From: Oopsacas minuta
Taxonomy: Eukaryota; Animalia; Porifera
NCBI GenBank assembly: GCA_024704765.1
Contig: JAKMXF010000325.1
Span: 97,290 to 161,289 of the forward strand
Reading direction: 5' to 3'
Length of the DNA: 64,000 nt
Shown here: piece by piece, positions 36,955 through 49,600 of the stretch
Numbering within the stretch: position 1 is the first letter of the stretch
Layout: each line of letters begins with the position of its first letter
The notes under the pieces: generated by a model
What the model was told of the DNA's origin: nothing
The model's input: the letters and a program-made list of their open reading frames with translations, nothing else
Database searches by the model: none
Program-made: the position numbers and the translations under genes

Positions 36955-37915
36955 TATATTAGTTACAGTTACACAACACATTTTGGAATACGCTGCAATA
37001 GTTTAGCGTTTCCTTGATCAGCTATATATTTATTAACTAGCATAATATTAATTAATTAAGCACTCCTCAATTTTTGGAGCGTTTTATCCTTCCGCTCTTT
37101 GCTCGATATCCCAAAAGGGAGCGCGTTACACCTTCCCGCTCCAATTGCGCTCCTTCCTTTTTCAAGGAGAACATTTCATTACATTAGAGATAATCAACAC
37201 TAAAGTGGACCACGTACACCTGGAACTTCCAGGAAATGCCAGATGTGCAGCCTCAAGAGAATATCAACTTCATAATATTAACTAGAAATTTCACAGAAAT
37301 ACAAAACTAAATTCAATACGCAACACTTTTACAAAGATCAAGAAGCTTTCATTAAAACTCCCACAACTAGTAATCATTGTCAAGGTGGTATTATCTAATT
37401 GAAATATGGGACTTGTTCTCGTAAAATTGCGCAGCTAACGAGGAAGGTAAGACATTTGCTGGTCAATACTTATCTAGCTCTTGATAGTCACTAGTCTACC
37501 ACTTGGTGCCCCACACTAGCATATCAAGATAAAATTTCAATAAATTAAAACATGATGTAGTAATTTACATAGCTGATAAAAATCAACATATTAATGTCTG
37601 TATACCTGAATATGATATTCTCTTTTAGATATCATACTTGCCAACATGAGTGAAGAAAACAGCGGGACAGAAGGTACTAATTTAGATGGAGATCGAGGGA
37701 CGGAGCACATTCATATTTGATTGGACTTCAAAATGCTGGATAAATAAGGTTTTGGCAAGTTTTGGCGGGACATTAGCCTCATTGGCCCTCAACACATATC
37801 CGAAAAGGCGGGACGTCCCACCAAAAACGGGACAGTTGGCATGTATGTAATATACAACACTAAATTGTTGCACCCAATTCCAAAATGTGTTGTGTAACTG
37901 TAACTAATATTAATT
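36955..37915. repeat. Element bounded by ~55-bp inverted repeats, containing a nested MITE
   Basis: tattagttacagttacacaacacattttggaat (36958-36990) versus attccaaaatgtgttgtgtaactgtaactaata (37877-37909). Confidence 0.6.
37633..37847. mobile_element. hAT-type MITE
   Basis: TIR catacttgccaac / gttggcatgtatg; subterminal cgggac repeats; TSD degraded. Confidence 0.6.
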
Positions 37916-38296
37916 AGTTAATATACGTAGAAGTATGATTACATTACTTCTAATTCCTAAGGTTTAGAAATCTCATTCACCAGGCATAACATATAACAGT
38001 AGCTCTAAATTTGGGACCGGGTATACAGCATTAACTGAATCCATATATAAACATGGTTCTTGATTGTAGAATCAATGCATTTTGCTTGTATAAATGTATT
38101 ACATATTTGTAAACTTCTAATTTATACCAATACTAGAGCGCTGCGCAGCTTGCGAATACTCTCTGCGACCACTTGCGAACAATTTCATGGACCGGACCGA
38201 ACCGTAATTGTTCTAATTTCAAAGTCAATATTTCTTTGAATAATTTTAACTGTAGTATTTAGAAATATTCAGATACTAGCGCGCTTCGCTTGCTAG

Positions 38297-38470
38297 CTGG
38301 GCTCTCAACTCTCACGATCTCGTCGTGAGTCTCACTATTTCGGGTCTACAAATACTACAGAATCCCTGGTCTTTTCATAGAAAACTAAAACTAAATTGTA
38401 CAACTCACGATAGAATCGTGAGATTTTGACGAATCTCATGATTTTGAAGGTTTCCAGGTTGAGAGCCCTG
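38297..38470. mobile_element. hAT-type MITE inserted into a Helitron 3' end
   Basis: TIR ctgggctctcaac / gttgagagccctg; flanked by tgctag on both sides; left flank is actagcgcgcttcgcttgc (Helitron end on -). Confidence 0.6.
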
Positions 38471-38699
38471 TGCTAGGTCGCTGGCGGCCATACACCCCAA
38501 GTGACATTTGCATCCAAAAGTTGAATTAAGATATTCTCAAATTTCCACAATTTCGTACTTCGTGTATAAAATATCGATTCATTCCAATGCAACAGTCATA
38601 TTTTCTAGGAAACAATTATCATTGCACTGCTAGATTTCCAGTAAACAATTTATTAAGTTAAAGACCAGCATTCGGAGCTTAAAGGTTGGGATCTATTCT

Positions 38700-39240
38700 C
38701 TGCGCGACAGTTAATTTTAAAGTGTTATTGGTCGCCACGCGACAGAATATAGTCGGCACTATTTGCCAAAGGGATTCTCAATGGGATTGATATCTGGGCT
38801 TTGGGAAGGCCAAGGATTTTAATAGGGATTTTGCCATGCAAAACTTTGGACCTTTTTCGATGTATGTTTGGGGTTATTATCTATGACCAACCTCCATTGT
38901 TTCTCATGAAAGACCTCCGCCTGGGCGAAAAGATGTGTTTGTAATATTTTAATAAACAACTTCATATTTTGAATAAACATACATAGTGGGAACCTTCCTA
39001 TAGAAGAGAATGCTGCCTAGACATGAATTTTCGGTCTATGTTTTGTAGTTGGAGCCAGTCTTGTTATCCTGATTTAGTCCGCATTTTAATTCCTCCATGG
39101 GACAACCAAACTGACTTTTCATCTAGAAATATAGTTTGAAACCATAACTTCTTCGGGTAGGGATACTTCTTAAAGGCCCATTTGATTTGATATTCGCGAT
39201 ACTTTTCACTAAACTTTAGAGTTTTATATGCTTACAATTG
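38700..39240 (-). pseudogene. Tc1-like transposase remnant
   Basis: Minus strand fragments FLDEKS, DNNPKHTSKKV and PWPSQSPDINPIENP, with many stops and frameshifts. Confidence 0.7.
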
Positions 39241-40208
39241 ATGAAATGCAGTACAGTAGGACCTATATAAGTGGGGGAGGTTGGCACCGGTGAATTTCCT
39301 GATAAGTTTCATAACCCTCCAATTCCCATTTATACTTTCAAATGTAATGTCCTTATGGCGTTACGTACCTATTGGCCATGTAAAATTAATTAGTTGTTTT
39401 CATCAAGAATTTCTTCGGAAACTGGCACGGCAGGCGGTATTTTATACCAATTTTATAGGCCAGTAAATATATAAAATATTTTGACCCTTCGATTATCTCG
39501 CCACACTCTCGCTGGGCATTAAATATTGAATTTTTCAACTATACAACTAGTAAAATGTGGATTGCACACTCTGTGACCAAAGAATTATCCATAAATTTGG
39601 AAAAATACAAATATAATCATCCCGGACGGAAAACAAAATTTGGGATGAGAAACAAGTGTATTACTCTACATGACCTAATAGATATTTTTTTGTTACAAAA
39701 ATTTCACCCGTGCGCTCCAATAGATACCCTAAAGTGACATCCGTCTGTCCGCGCGAAACAATACATAGTCCCCAACCTATCACTTTCCATATGCTAGTCA
39801 TCATACCGTTACAGGGTTTATTGCAAAATATAGACAAGTAAGGATTATAGTTTCTATGAAAATATAATTATCTCAAAATAACATTGAGTTATCAATTAAA
39901 ATAATTTTTACGAATAATTCGAATTTTTATATACTAGTAATACAAGCTATCGCTACAAATGCTAATCCAAAAAGTATTTGCCTGATCATTTTGGGTGTAT
40001 GTAATAGTTGAGATCTCGTTTCAACTGATAGGTAGAGGTAATCTGGCATGTAGATTCTCCTTAAAATAGAAACGTCGAAACCTGATAGCGATATTTACTC
40101 CACTCTAGTTACACGTATGTAATTAGATTCTGAAGATACACTCTAGATATTCCTTATTTCCGAATTGTCAATACCTCTCCCAAAACAGTTGCTTACATAC
40201 AGTTATTG

Positions 40209-43200
40209 ATGGATATTACCACTCAATTAGTTACTTGTGAATCTTTCCTCCCACTTTCTTCAGTCAAGATTATCATCGAACTGATTAACAGCAATCAATT
40301 GAAAATATCATCAGAAACTGCCAGCGTTATATATACAAAGTTGTTGCAAGAGATATCACGTTATTCAATTGAACAAGATAGATTCTACCCAATAGTTAGG
40401 TTAATAACTCTAATATTAAAGAGAGAGGGAGATCTCCTCGTCAAGTTCAAGAATGAATTCATTCCCTCATCGCTGGAAATATTCATTGACTCAGATTTTG
40501 TACATAGTTGCAATCTACAATATAACACTAATTTTCATGGGACTTTTCAAGAGGCTGATGATAAAAGTAATCTTCATTCATTATTATGTGTATTATCCAC
40601 TAAAGAGTTGTTACAGCTCATATGTAGAGAGACTTGTGATCGTACATTTAAGCTATTCCTCCATCTTTCAGTATCTAATAAGAGCGACTCTTTGAAGCTT
40701 ATCCTCATTTGTTTACGTGCACTATTACATTCGGAAATAGCAGAAAAAGATTACATTTTGAATCTCATTTATTCCATACATCGCGGGAATATACTACCTG
40801 CACAGAATGGATTGTGTTATATAATGTTAACAACTTTATATTCCACTAATGATAGAGATTATACTCTACCGAATTATCACAAAACGGATATATACTGGAC
40901 TATTATACAACAAGGATTAATTCATTCAGATTCTCTGACTAGGAAACAATCTATATTTCTTCTCAAGAAAGGAGCTGGTCTACTAACTAAACATGTAACT
41001 CCTGACCTACCAAATTGTGTAGGATTTCTGCGAAACCTTGACCCTCAATCAGAAGTTTGTGAGAATTGGCTGACCATAATATACTTATTTGAGACATATG
41101 AAGAAACACAGACTCATATTCTTCGATCTTCCCTCCCTCTTCTCTACTCATTAGCCAACTTTGTTAAGAAGGAAGAAGAACTAGCACACACGAACTCAAT
41201 ACACTATTCTTGGTTACTTATTCTATACTTACGTATATTTTCTCACGAATCTCGTCTAGTTCAGTCTTGGGGCATCAAGGCTGTTCTGGATTGTCCTATA
41301 TCTCACTGCACACAGCCAGAAGTAGTTAGCTTTATAACAGAATCTCTTATCATGGGACTGAACGTATCTTCAATATTCATCTCCAATCCTCAAATTATTG
41401 GCTCAATCAGTAAGTTTCTTTCTAGATTTTTCAGTGGAATATCTACAACAGGTGCTAGTCAAAACTTAGCCAATTTAGTGAACAGTCTCACTCTCTTATC
41501 AGATATACCTCTCTTCTATTTAAGCTATGCTCTTTCCAGTATGGTGTCTCTCCCGATAGTTAGTCGGGATGTCATACTAGCATTTCAGAGATTATTTTCT
41601 AGAAGCGTTCTAGCTCATTCGCGGTTACTGAAAACAGCAATTAAGTGCTTCCTAATTAGATTCATAACTCGATGTATGAATCCCAGTAGTTGCTGTTGGA
41701 TAGATATATTTATGTTACTCACCTACATAGAAGTCAAAAATATTGATTCTGCTGAATATAAAGAATACAACAATCTCATTAAATCTCTTGTTAACACTAG
41801 AGTAATTGAGGTGTCATTTATACTATTCATCCTCAATCATCTCATAGCTGCTTATTTGGTCACTGAACCCAAATCAAGCTATGACTTATCTAAGAGCTTA
41901 GATGGGGAACATTTTGTATCAGAAATATACTTTAGTAGAGGGAGAGATATTGTTGCTCCATATTCACTTAAGGATTTTCGATTTCCTACTAAAACAGGTT
42001 GTGTTGTTGCTCAATTAGCTCTCATTACAGCTACCATTTGTGGACAGGGCCCAAAGAAAATGCTAGTAGATATCATATCACCTGTTACACAGCTGTTATT
42101 ATGCATTACTACACATCCTTATATGCCAACTGAACAGACGACAAGAGTAGTTGAGTTAACTAAACAAATCCTATCTACTGCAACAGTTTCTGATCATAGT
42201 CCTTACAACAAAGCTGTATATCACTCCCTGTATTCTCCATTAGTTAACAATCTAACTGAATTAGCATTTTACCTTCTCAATCAAGATAGATCTAATGAAT
42301 TGGAGCATCTCCTGAGTATTATACAAGATTATGAAATCTCTAATAAATCATCAACTCTACAGCATTGGGATAATCTATCAAGGGCAATTTCTACGCGATA
42401 TTACGAGGAACTTAAACAAACTCTCTCTCCTGAAAATATACATCTAACAGCAGAGACAGTAGGCTTAGTCTCTGTTTTGGCATCTGTCCTTTCCAAAACC
42501 ATTCTTAATGAGAAGCTCTGGCTTACGCTCTCTCCTACAGTACAAACTCTGGTTAATACTATTCACCTGCTTTCAAATAACAAGAATATATTAACATCTT
42601 CTACAGAAAACAGAGTAAGATTTAGTAACGCTATCCTTCAGATCATTAGCTTAGCTCATACTAAGCAATACCAGCTATCTATATCGAATATGAGTTTGTT
42701 CTCTTCTTTAAAAGATCTCAGTACAATCACTAATTACTCTGGTCTTCTCTATATTCTAAACATACTCTCCTCTCTCCTACCGCTTCTTTTCAAAGAACAC
42801 TCAGGCTTGTGTAGAGAGTGTGTGTTTGAATGTTGGAGAGGGGTGAAGGAAGAATCAGCTGATTCGGATGTGATGCATATTTTGTTACCTGCTTTCTTCA
42901 GGTCTTGTCTGAGTAGAGACCTACTTACTTGTTTTCATAGTGAAGATATAGCAACTACATTTATGTTGATTATAGATCAAGTTGTAGAATGGGGAATTAA
43001 GAGGATGGGTGTTATCCATCTGTTGGTTATACATCTTGTGGAAGTTTGGAGTTATACCAATGTTATTTCTATCTCTGCTTATTGGAGGCAGATTATAGGG
43101 ATTTTATTCTCAACTCCTGAGTTCAGTAAATCCTTGAAACAGTTAGACAATGCTCTTTCATTTAGCTTGCTTTTGGAAGAGTATGACTTTTCTAATTGGA

Positions 43201-44729
43201 GAGGAATATATAATCAGAACATGTCACAATTATATATTGTAGAGTTGTTAGGGGTATTAACTCATACGAACATTACCCAGCTAGATGATTATCCTGTACT
43301 TGTAGAGCGTTTTATTGATGAATTCCTAAGAATAGAGATAGACAAGTCGAAGATAAAGCAAAAATTCTGTAGTTTTAATTCAGATATGCATAGAGAAAAG
43401 ATTCGTAGATGGCAACTAATATTAATATTATTAACTTCTCTCAGAACTTCTTATAAATTTCTCTACGTCTTCGATAACGAGAAGCTTCTCCTTCTATTGC
43501 TCACAGAACACTTACCTACAAATGTACAACCATCTGTACGCTGTTACATCGAGTGGAGTGCAGTATTATTGTTGTCAAACTGTGATATATTAGAGAGCAC
43601 ATTACTCAAGGAAATGAGATTATTTTCAACAGCTCGTGTTACTAGACTTCCGTTTGTATACATATCATACGTCTCAATACTATCTCTGGTATTAAAGAAA
43701 TTGACAATTCCCTCCTCTTTACTTATAGAGATAGTTGCTCTCTTGATCGGTATGATGTCATCTAGCAATACACAGCTCAGACACGTGTCACTTGATTTAT
43801 TGCGACAGATTAAGAAGTTACCAGTTTCAGAAGAAATACTGCTTCTAAAACCTATCTTTCAATACCTTCCAGACCTGAATAAACTAAATGGACCATCAAA
43901 CTGGACGATTACTATACATCCAGATAGAGATCTCAATTTGTTTTATCTGTTACAACAACTACCAGAACAGTTTGAACTAGTAACCAAACAATTAGGTCTA
44001 GAAGAGCTGTTAGAACGTAACTGGGATAATGACCACACAGTAACTCTAGGGAATGAGAGGAACAATCAGAAATTCCATCGTAAGAAGAAGAATAAAGATA
44101 ATCACATTAATGTAGAAACTAGATTAGACTTGGAATCTAAAGATCTGATGCAAAAGAAAATAATGCCCTGGGAGATAATGGATGGAGAATTCAATATCGG
44201 GCTTGAAGGGAGATCTTGTGATTCTAATAGTTCTCATCAGCGAGGAGAATTAATATTAATCGCAAGTTTAATTGACAAACCGGCTAACTTGGGTGGAATG
44301 TGTAGAACATGTGAAGTATTTGGGGCAGCTACTCTGGTTCTATCTGACTTAAAGTTGTTGCAAGATCGGAGCTTTACTTCTCTGAGTGTGTCAGCTGAGA
44401 GATGGATGTCATTTGAAGAGGTTAAGACTAGTGAACTATCAGACTATGCAGAAGTTTTAAAGGAACAAGGTTACAAGTTAGTAGGAATCGAGCAAACACC
44501 AAACAGTATTTCTCTACAAGATTTCTCATTCCCGAAGCGAAGTGCACTCATAGTAGGACACGAAAAGTTTGGTATTCCCATAGAGCTCCTTGAGATCGTG
44601 GACTACTGTGTGCAGATTCCTCAGTTTGGTATTATCCGCTCTCTTAATGTGCATGTATCCTCTGCCATTTCTATCTGGCATTATACCACGCAACATTCAA
44701 TTAATTCTTCTCATAGAAAGAATAACTAG
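40209..44729 (+). CDS. TARBP1: tRNA (guanosine-18-2'-O)-methyltransferase TARBP1/Trm3, single 4.5-kb exon
   Basis: 1506-aa uninterrupted ORF; C-terminal SpoU domain LILIASLIDKPANLGGMCRTCEVFG...LSVSAERW...GIEQT...GHEKFGIP...VQIPQFGIIRSLNVHVS; preceding QKKIMPWE motif; long alpha-solenoid N-terminus. Confidence 0.95.
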   Translation: MDITTQLVTCESFLPLSSVKIIIELINSNQLKISSETASVIYTKLLQEISRYSIEQDRFYPIVRLITLILKREGDLLVKFKNEFIPSSLEIFIDSDFVHSCNLQYNTNFHGTFQEADDKSNLHSLLCVLSTKELLQLICRETCDRTFKLFLHLSVSNKSDSLKLILICLRALLHSEIAEKDYILNLIYSIHRGNILPAQNGLCYIMLTTLYSTNDRDYTLPNYHKTDIYWTIIQQGLIHSDSLTRKQSIFLLKKGAGLLTKHVTPDLPNCVGFLRNLDPQSEVCENWLTIIYLFETYEETQTHILRSSLPLLYSLANFVKKEEELAHTNSIHYSWLLILYLRIFSHESRLVQSWGIKAVLDCPISHCTQPEVVSFITESLIMGLNVSSIFISNPQIIGSISKFLSRFFSGISTTGASQNLANLVNSLTLLSDIPLFYLSYALSSMVSLPIVSRDVILAFQRLFSRSVLAHSRLLKTAIKCFLIRFITRCMNPSSCCWIDIFMLLTYIEVKNIDSAEYKEYNNLIKSLVNTRVIEVSFILFILNHLIAAYLVTEPKSSYDLSKSLDGEHFVSEIYFSRGRDIVAPYSLKDFRFPTKTGCVVAQLALITATICGQGPKKMLVDIISPVTQLLLCITTHPYMPTEQTTRVVELTKQILSTATVSDHSPYNKAVYHSLYSPLVNNLTELAFYLLNQDRSNELEHLLSIIQDYEISNKSSTLQHWDNLSRAISTRYYEELKQTLSPENIHLTAETVGLVSVLASVLSKTILNEKLWLTLSPTVQTLVNTIHLLSNNKNILTSSTENRVRFSNAILQIISLAHTKQYQLSISNMSLFSSLKDLSTITNYSGLLYILNILSSLLPLLFKEHSGLCRECVFECWRGVKEESADSDVMHILLPAFFRSCLSRDLLTCFHSEDIATTFMLIIDQVVEWGIKRMGVIHLLVIHLVEVWSYTNVISISAYWRQIIGILFSTPEFSKSLKQLDNALSFSLLLEEYDFSNWRGIYNQNMSQLYIVELLGVLTHTNITQLDDYPVLVERFIDEFLRIEIDKSKIKQKFCSFNSDMHREKIRRWQLILILLTSLRTSYKFLYVFDNEKLLLLLLTEHLPTNVQPSVRCYIEWSAVLLLSNCDILESTLLKEMRLFSTARVTRLPFVYISYVSILSLVLKKLTIPSSLLIEIVALLIGMMSSSNTQLRHVSLDLLRQIKKLPVSEEILLLKPIFQYLPDLNKLNGPSNWTITIHPDRDLNLFYLLQQLPEQFELVTKQLGLEELLERNWDNDHTVTLGNERNNQKFHRKKKNKDNHINVETRLDLESKDLMQKKIMPWEIMDGEFNIGLEGRSCDSNSSHQRGELILIASLIDKPANLGGMCRTCEVFGAATLVLSDLKLLQDRSFTSLSVSAERWMSFEEVKTSELSDYAEVLKEQGYKLVGIEQTPNSISLQDFSFPKRSALIVGHEKFGIPIELLEIVDYCVQIPQFGIIRSLNVHVSSAISIWHYTTQHSINSSHRKNN

Positions 44730-44912
44730 ATTAACTTGTAAAACTGAATCAATATATGTACGTAATTTGAGGTTCTAATAAGCTATAAGTTTAATTCAGT
44801 ATAACATTAGGCCACTGTTAAGGGCATATTGAAAATCGATAAAGATTAACTGTCACGTACTCGATCACGAAAAGTCTGTATCCCTTGAAATTCTATAAAA
44901 GTATACTATATA

Positions 44913-46216
44913 CGAGGGGCACTCGAAAAGTTTTGTCGTTTATATACTTATATAATAGGTATTACATAATATATGGTCACATTATTTCAAAATACTCGCT
45001 CTGACACTCTATGCACCTTTTCATGCGTTTAACCAGGTATCAAAGCACATTTCCCATTCTCCTTTAGGTATCTCCTCAATTGCTAAGAAAAGTGCCCCGG
45101 TCAGCTCTTCATTGCTGAAAAATCTCCTCCCACGAAGTTGATCTTTCAGCTTTGGGGATAACCAAAAATCGCAAGGGGCTAGATCTGGACTGTAGGGTGG
45201 GTGGGGTAGCGTTCAGATCCTAGAAATCTCTAAAAACTCACGAGTTCTTAGTGCTGTATGTGATGAAGCATTATCGTGGTGAAGCAGGATTCCTCGGACA
45301 CCTGACTTCTCACGTTGTTTTTCGATTGCACTGAATACTTTCGGAAGACATATTTTGGTATACCAATCAGCGGTAACTGCCTTCCTATCCTCAAGTGCAA
45401 TTCCTTCAACAAATCCACTACGCCTAAAGAAAATCGTCCACATCTGCTTTCCGACTGATCTAATTCTCCGTACCTTTGTTGGAGGTAAACCACCTTCTTC
45501 GACCCACTGCTTAGATTGTCTCTTCGTTTCTGGGACATAGTGGTATACCCATGTCTCATCGCCTGTGAGTATTTCAGAAACAGCTCTAGAACTTCCATTA
45601 ACAATCGTTTAAGCATAATTTTGCAAAAATCCACTCGGCACTTTTTCTGATCGGACGACAAAGATTGCGAGATCCAACATGCACATAACTTTCTAAGACC
45701 GAGCTCTTTATGTAAGATGACGTTTATACTCCCCGATGACAATTTGGTTTCACGTTCTAACTGAGCGTAAGTAACATGAGGGTCTTTTGTTACTTCGTCC
45801 AACACTAGCTCTACATTTCGAGCGTGTGTGTAATGCTGGGCCTACCAGGACGGGGACCATCTTCAAGAATTAATTTCCATGAATAAACTCTGAGTACCAT
45901 CGCTCTACTGTTCTCAAACAAGGAACTATATTTGAGAAGTGCTTCTGCAAAATTTCGTGTATTTCCAAACGGCTCTTCCCAAGTTTGAACAAAATTAAAA
46001 TCATCGCTCTAAAATCGTGTCTTGTGAGGTCAGATTCTGGTTGAGGAATCATACAAGCCATAGCTTTTAGAAATCAAGCAATTCGAAAATTACAAAAGAT
46101 AAATTGATGAAATTTGTTGTGCAGGTAAATAATATGTGTCTAAATATTATAAAATAATCTTATTAGAAAGTATTTGTGTTTGATGACAAACGACAAAACT
46201 TTTCGAGTGCCCTTCG
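44913..46216 (-). mobile_element. mariner element (DD34D), complete but decayed
   Basis: TIRs cga(g/a)gggcactcgaaaagttttgtcgtt; left TA, right TG; transposase 46061-44977 with HTH (TVERWYSEF..G), GDETWV-like, HHDNA-34aa-D (YSPDLAPCDF); several stops and frameshifts. Confidence 0.9.
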
Positions 46217-46291
46217 TGCCAATATGTTATTTTTCCTATTAATTGCTGATCTTTTTGTATCTAGTAGAGAGAAATTCACAACTTAAATATT

Positions 46292-46837
46292 ATGGCTAAT
46301 TTTGCTGAAGGAAATGACATTACAGGGACAGATTTACTTGAATGGTCACGCCATCAATCCTCAGCAACATCTTGTATTAAGAAGAAAGGAAAGCGTAGCA
46401 CTTATAGTGGAATGATCTCTCTCATTACACCAGGTATTTATCTTGGTAATAAAGCTGCTTCCTCAGATTTGGATCTCCTCAAGAGATTGTCTATTGTGGC
46501 TATTATAAATATTGGCGGTGGTAAATGTTATTTCCCTATTGAATTTGAATATTTTCGAATCGCCATTAAGGACTCCGATGAAGTTCCCTATTTACCATAT
46601 TTTGAGGAAGCTTGTAATTTCGCTCAATTTTGGAAAAAACGTGGATCAATATTATTTCATTGCAGAGGAGGTATGCATAGGTCTCCTTGTTTTCTAGCAG
46701 CTCACTTAATCAGGAATGAGAGTCTTTCTATGACACAAGCCTTGACAGTGATCTCCCTTGGTAGACCAATAGCTAACCCCACTCCTCATATGGTATCTGA
46801 GTTAAAAGAATTTGAAAAATTGATTAATAAGTCCTGA
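46292..46837 (+). CDS. Atypical dual-specificity protein phosphatase, single exon
   Basis: ITPGIYLGN..A..D..LL..L.I..IINI, acid-loop IKDS, catalytic FHCRGGMHRS (HCxxGxxRS), AAHLI and RP.ANP...MV.EL..FE motifs. Confidence 0.9.
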   Translation: MANFAEGNDITGTDLLEWSRHQSSATSCIKKKGKRSTYSGMISLITPGIYLGNKAASSDLDLLKRLSIVAIINIGGGKCYFPIEFEYFRIAIKDSDEVPYLPYFEEACNFAQFWKKRGSILFHCRGGMHRSPCFLAAHLIRNESLSMTQALTVISLGRPIANPTPHMVSELKEFEKLINKS

Positions 46838-47097
46838 TTCCATTAAATATGATTGTTTACTCTAGTATTTTTATCTTTTTATGATGTATATCTATAATTA
46901 GAGCAAACTACTGTTATAACTTAGTTTGATATAACGAAATAACGAAGTGATTCTTTCATCGTATTGCTTGAAAGCAATGTTACAACCGAATAGTTCAATA
47001 TTCGGTTACCAATCGAATATCAGTATTTGGTTAGGCTACTTTTCATGAATACTGATATTAAGTTAGAATGGTTTCAACCTTGGTAGGTTAGGTTGCC

Positions 47098-49600
47098 GTT
47101 ATTTAATGTAGTAACAAATTCACATACAAAGTAGATATTCAGTCGTGTTCTACCATTGGGACTACAGTGTTCAATTATTTAAAGATACTAAAGTACATAA
47201 TTACATGTTCAAATATATATTACATAAATTAACCCTGAATATCATATTTAAAGTAGAGACATTTACATTGTTTAGGACTTGAGGCTTTTTTAATATAAAG
47301 AAGTAGTTTATTAAATAATCTAGCCGCGTCATAAGCAAAAGAGCTTTTAAAGAAAGTTAATTTGACATTAGGTAGATAGAAATTATTGTTAGAAGATTGT
47401 CTAGTAGTTTTCATTGATACTTCTGCTACCTTGGTGTATCGATCCGCAATATATGAAGGATATAACCCATTCAGACATTAATGAACAACAAAAATTCTCC
47501 TAAATTATATCATATTATGGATGTCCATCCAGTCCAGAGTAGAAAATAGTGCAGTATGAGATTCCCTTGGTCGAACATTGAAAATAGTCCTGGCGCATCT
47601 TTTTTGAAGAATAAATAATCTATTTACATAAGAATTTTGGGCGCCGCCCCAATCAGTACTAAGGTAGTCATAATGCGGTAATATAAAAGAATTAGTAAAA
47701 ATTATTCTAAATTCAATAGATATTTATACCTCCTAATTCTCCTTAGCGCATTTATACCAATTATAACATTTTTAGCAATATTATTAACATGATCAGACAA
47801 TTTCAATCTGTAACCACAGTAATCCAAAGAATTTTATGGGATCTGTGTTATCAATACAGTTGTCACTAATCTTTATACAGAGATTTTACAGCTTGATGAC
47901 AGAGTTTCTTAGCAGTAGAAACTACCATCGCTTTACATTTGAGTAGGTCATTCTATTTTGGTAGCCTCATTCCCTTTTGATTACACCAATTGTGGATACG
48001 TACCATATCACCATTTGACTCGTTTATTGAGTCACCATGTGAGAAAATTGTAGAGTCATCAGCGAACATTCTTAAGTTACAATCCTTGGGTGTGAAAATA
48101 AATCATTTATAAATAGTATAAACAGTGTTCCCCCTAAGCGTTTTGACCGGGCGGCTGGCCGCAAAACGCCAATTTGGCATTCCGACGGCTGGTCAATTCG
48201 GATCTGCAGCCGATCAAAATGAATATTTCAAAATTTCCTATAGCCAATCATAATCTAAAGTTTGCGCGATTTTCCCTGTGGAGTACTGGTTTATTATATT
48301 CTTTCGAATTTTATTTTCTACACTCAATGTTAATTTTACAGCGATGTTGGGTTTCATTTGTATGTTCTGAAAAGTGTCATAATCTCCAGCAGGAACTTTT
48401 CCGCAATTAGATAGTTTTCGGCCGATAAAACAGGCCATGAGGCCGACCAAATGTGACCCATAATTTGGCTTAGGGGGAACACTGAGTATAAACAGAAGCG
48501 ATCCTAAAATAGATCCTTGAGGCACACCTGTTTTAACCTTACAAAATTGACAAAGTGTGATTAAAGAATACATTTTGCGTTCTATCATTCAGGTAGCTGT
48601 GGACTAATTTTAATGAATTATCCGATATCTTATATATCTCAAGTTTACGCAACAGAAGTTTGTAATCAACTAGATCAAATGCCTTCCTCAGATCCATAAA
48701 AACTGTGCCAATATTCTTCCATTTATTTATGTTATCATACCAATTTTGAGTCATCTTCAATAATGAAGTTACACAACTGTGTGTCCCTTCCTAAAACCAG
48801 ATTGATATTTAAATATCAAAGAGTATTTATCTGAATAATCAGAAAGGGATTTTTGAATATGCTTCTCAATAATTTAGAAAGTATTGAAATTGAGCGATAG
48901 CATGAAATATCATACATAGCACCAGTTTTATAAATGGAACAACTTTAGCTTTCTTTCCATTGCTTTGGAAATAAAGCATAGTTCATAATTTAGCCAGCAG
49001 TCTACATATACATTCCGCCGACAATTTCAAAATTCTGGGACCAATGAGATGGAGCTCTGTGCTCTTTTTTGTATTTAAGGTAGCGAGTTCTTTAATATAT
49101 CTTGTTAATTAATTATTAGTATAAGGAAACTATTTTCTAAACTACGATTTTGATTACTTTCCACAAAATAAGTATTAATCAGGTTTGAGGCCTGGCCATA
49201 ATCATCAGCATGATTGGTATTTATTTTAATATATTTCGGCAATACAGCTGGCTTCTTTGGAAATACTTCTCTAATGATTGACCACGATCCATTTCTATTG
49301 TTCTTATTAGCGGTAATCAGATTTTTGAAATTGTGTCCTTTTGGACTTCTCCAGTGTCTAGTAACATAATTTTCTCCTTTGTCCAATTACTCTTATCACC
49401 CATCGTGCATATCTATCTCATTCTTTCATAGCTATCATTATTTCATTAGTAATCCATTCTGGAATTATAGGGTGATTTACTCTCTTTGTTTTAATTGGTG
49501 CATGGGAGTTCAACACCCCATTAAGATTATCATTTCAACAAGTCCACCATATCAATATCATCACAATTTCAATGAGACTGAATGAAAAATTATATGAGTA
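47098..49600 (-). mobile_element. 5'-truncated, decayed CR1/L2-type LINE (ORF2 reverse transcriptase)
   Basis: Minus strand fragments HAPIKTKRV..PEWIT, RPISILSKLL, VFMDLRKAFDLVD, GVPQGSILG.LLFILFINDL, MFADDS and C-terminal KSSFAYDAARLFNKL; ends in an attaaataa-like tail near 47100; cut at 49600 by a Helitron. Confidence 0.88.
48123..48484. mobile_element. 362-bp hAT MITE inserted into the LINE RT domain
   Basis: TIR cagtgttcccc(c)taagc; perfect 8-bp TSD AGTATAAA (48115-48122, 48485-48492); removing it restores LLFILFINDL. Confidence 0.92.

Noticed and set aside
37647-37676. Kozak-like ATG exon MSEENSGTEG with a GT donor
   Set aside because: It lies inside the TIR region of a hAT MITE (37633-37847).
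38291-38476. A second 6-bp TSD (tgctag)
   Set aside because: The termini are hAT-like (CAG/CTG), and a 2-nt loss from an 8-bp TSD (cttgctag) explains it; no empty-site support in the window.
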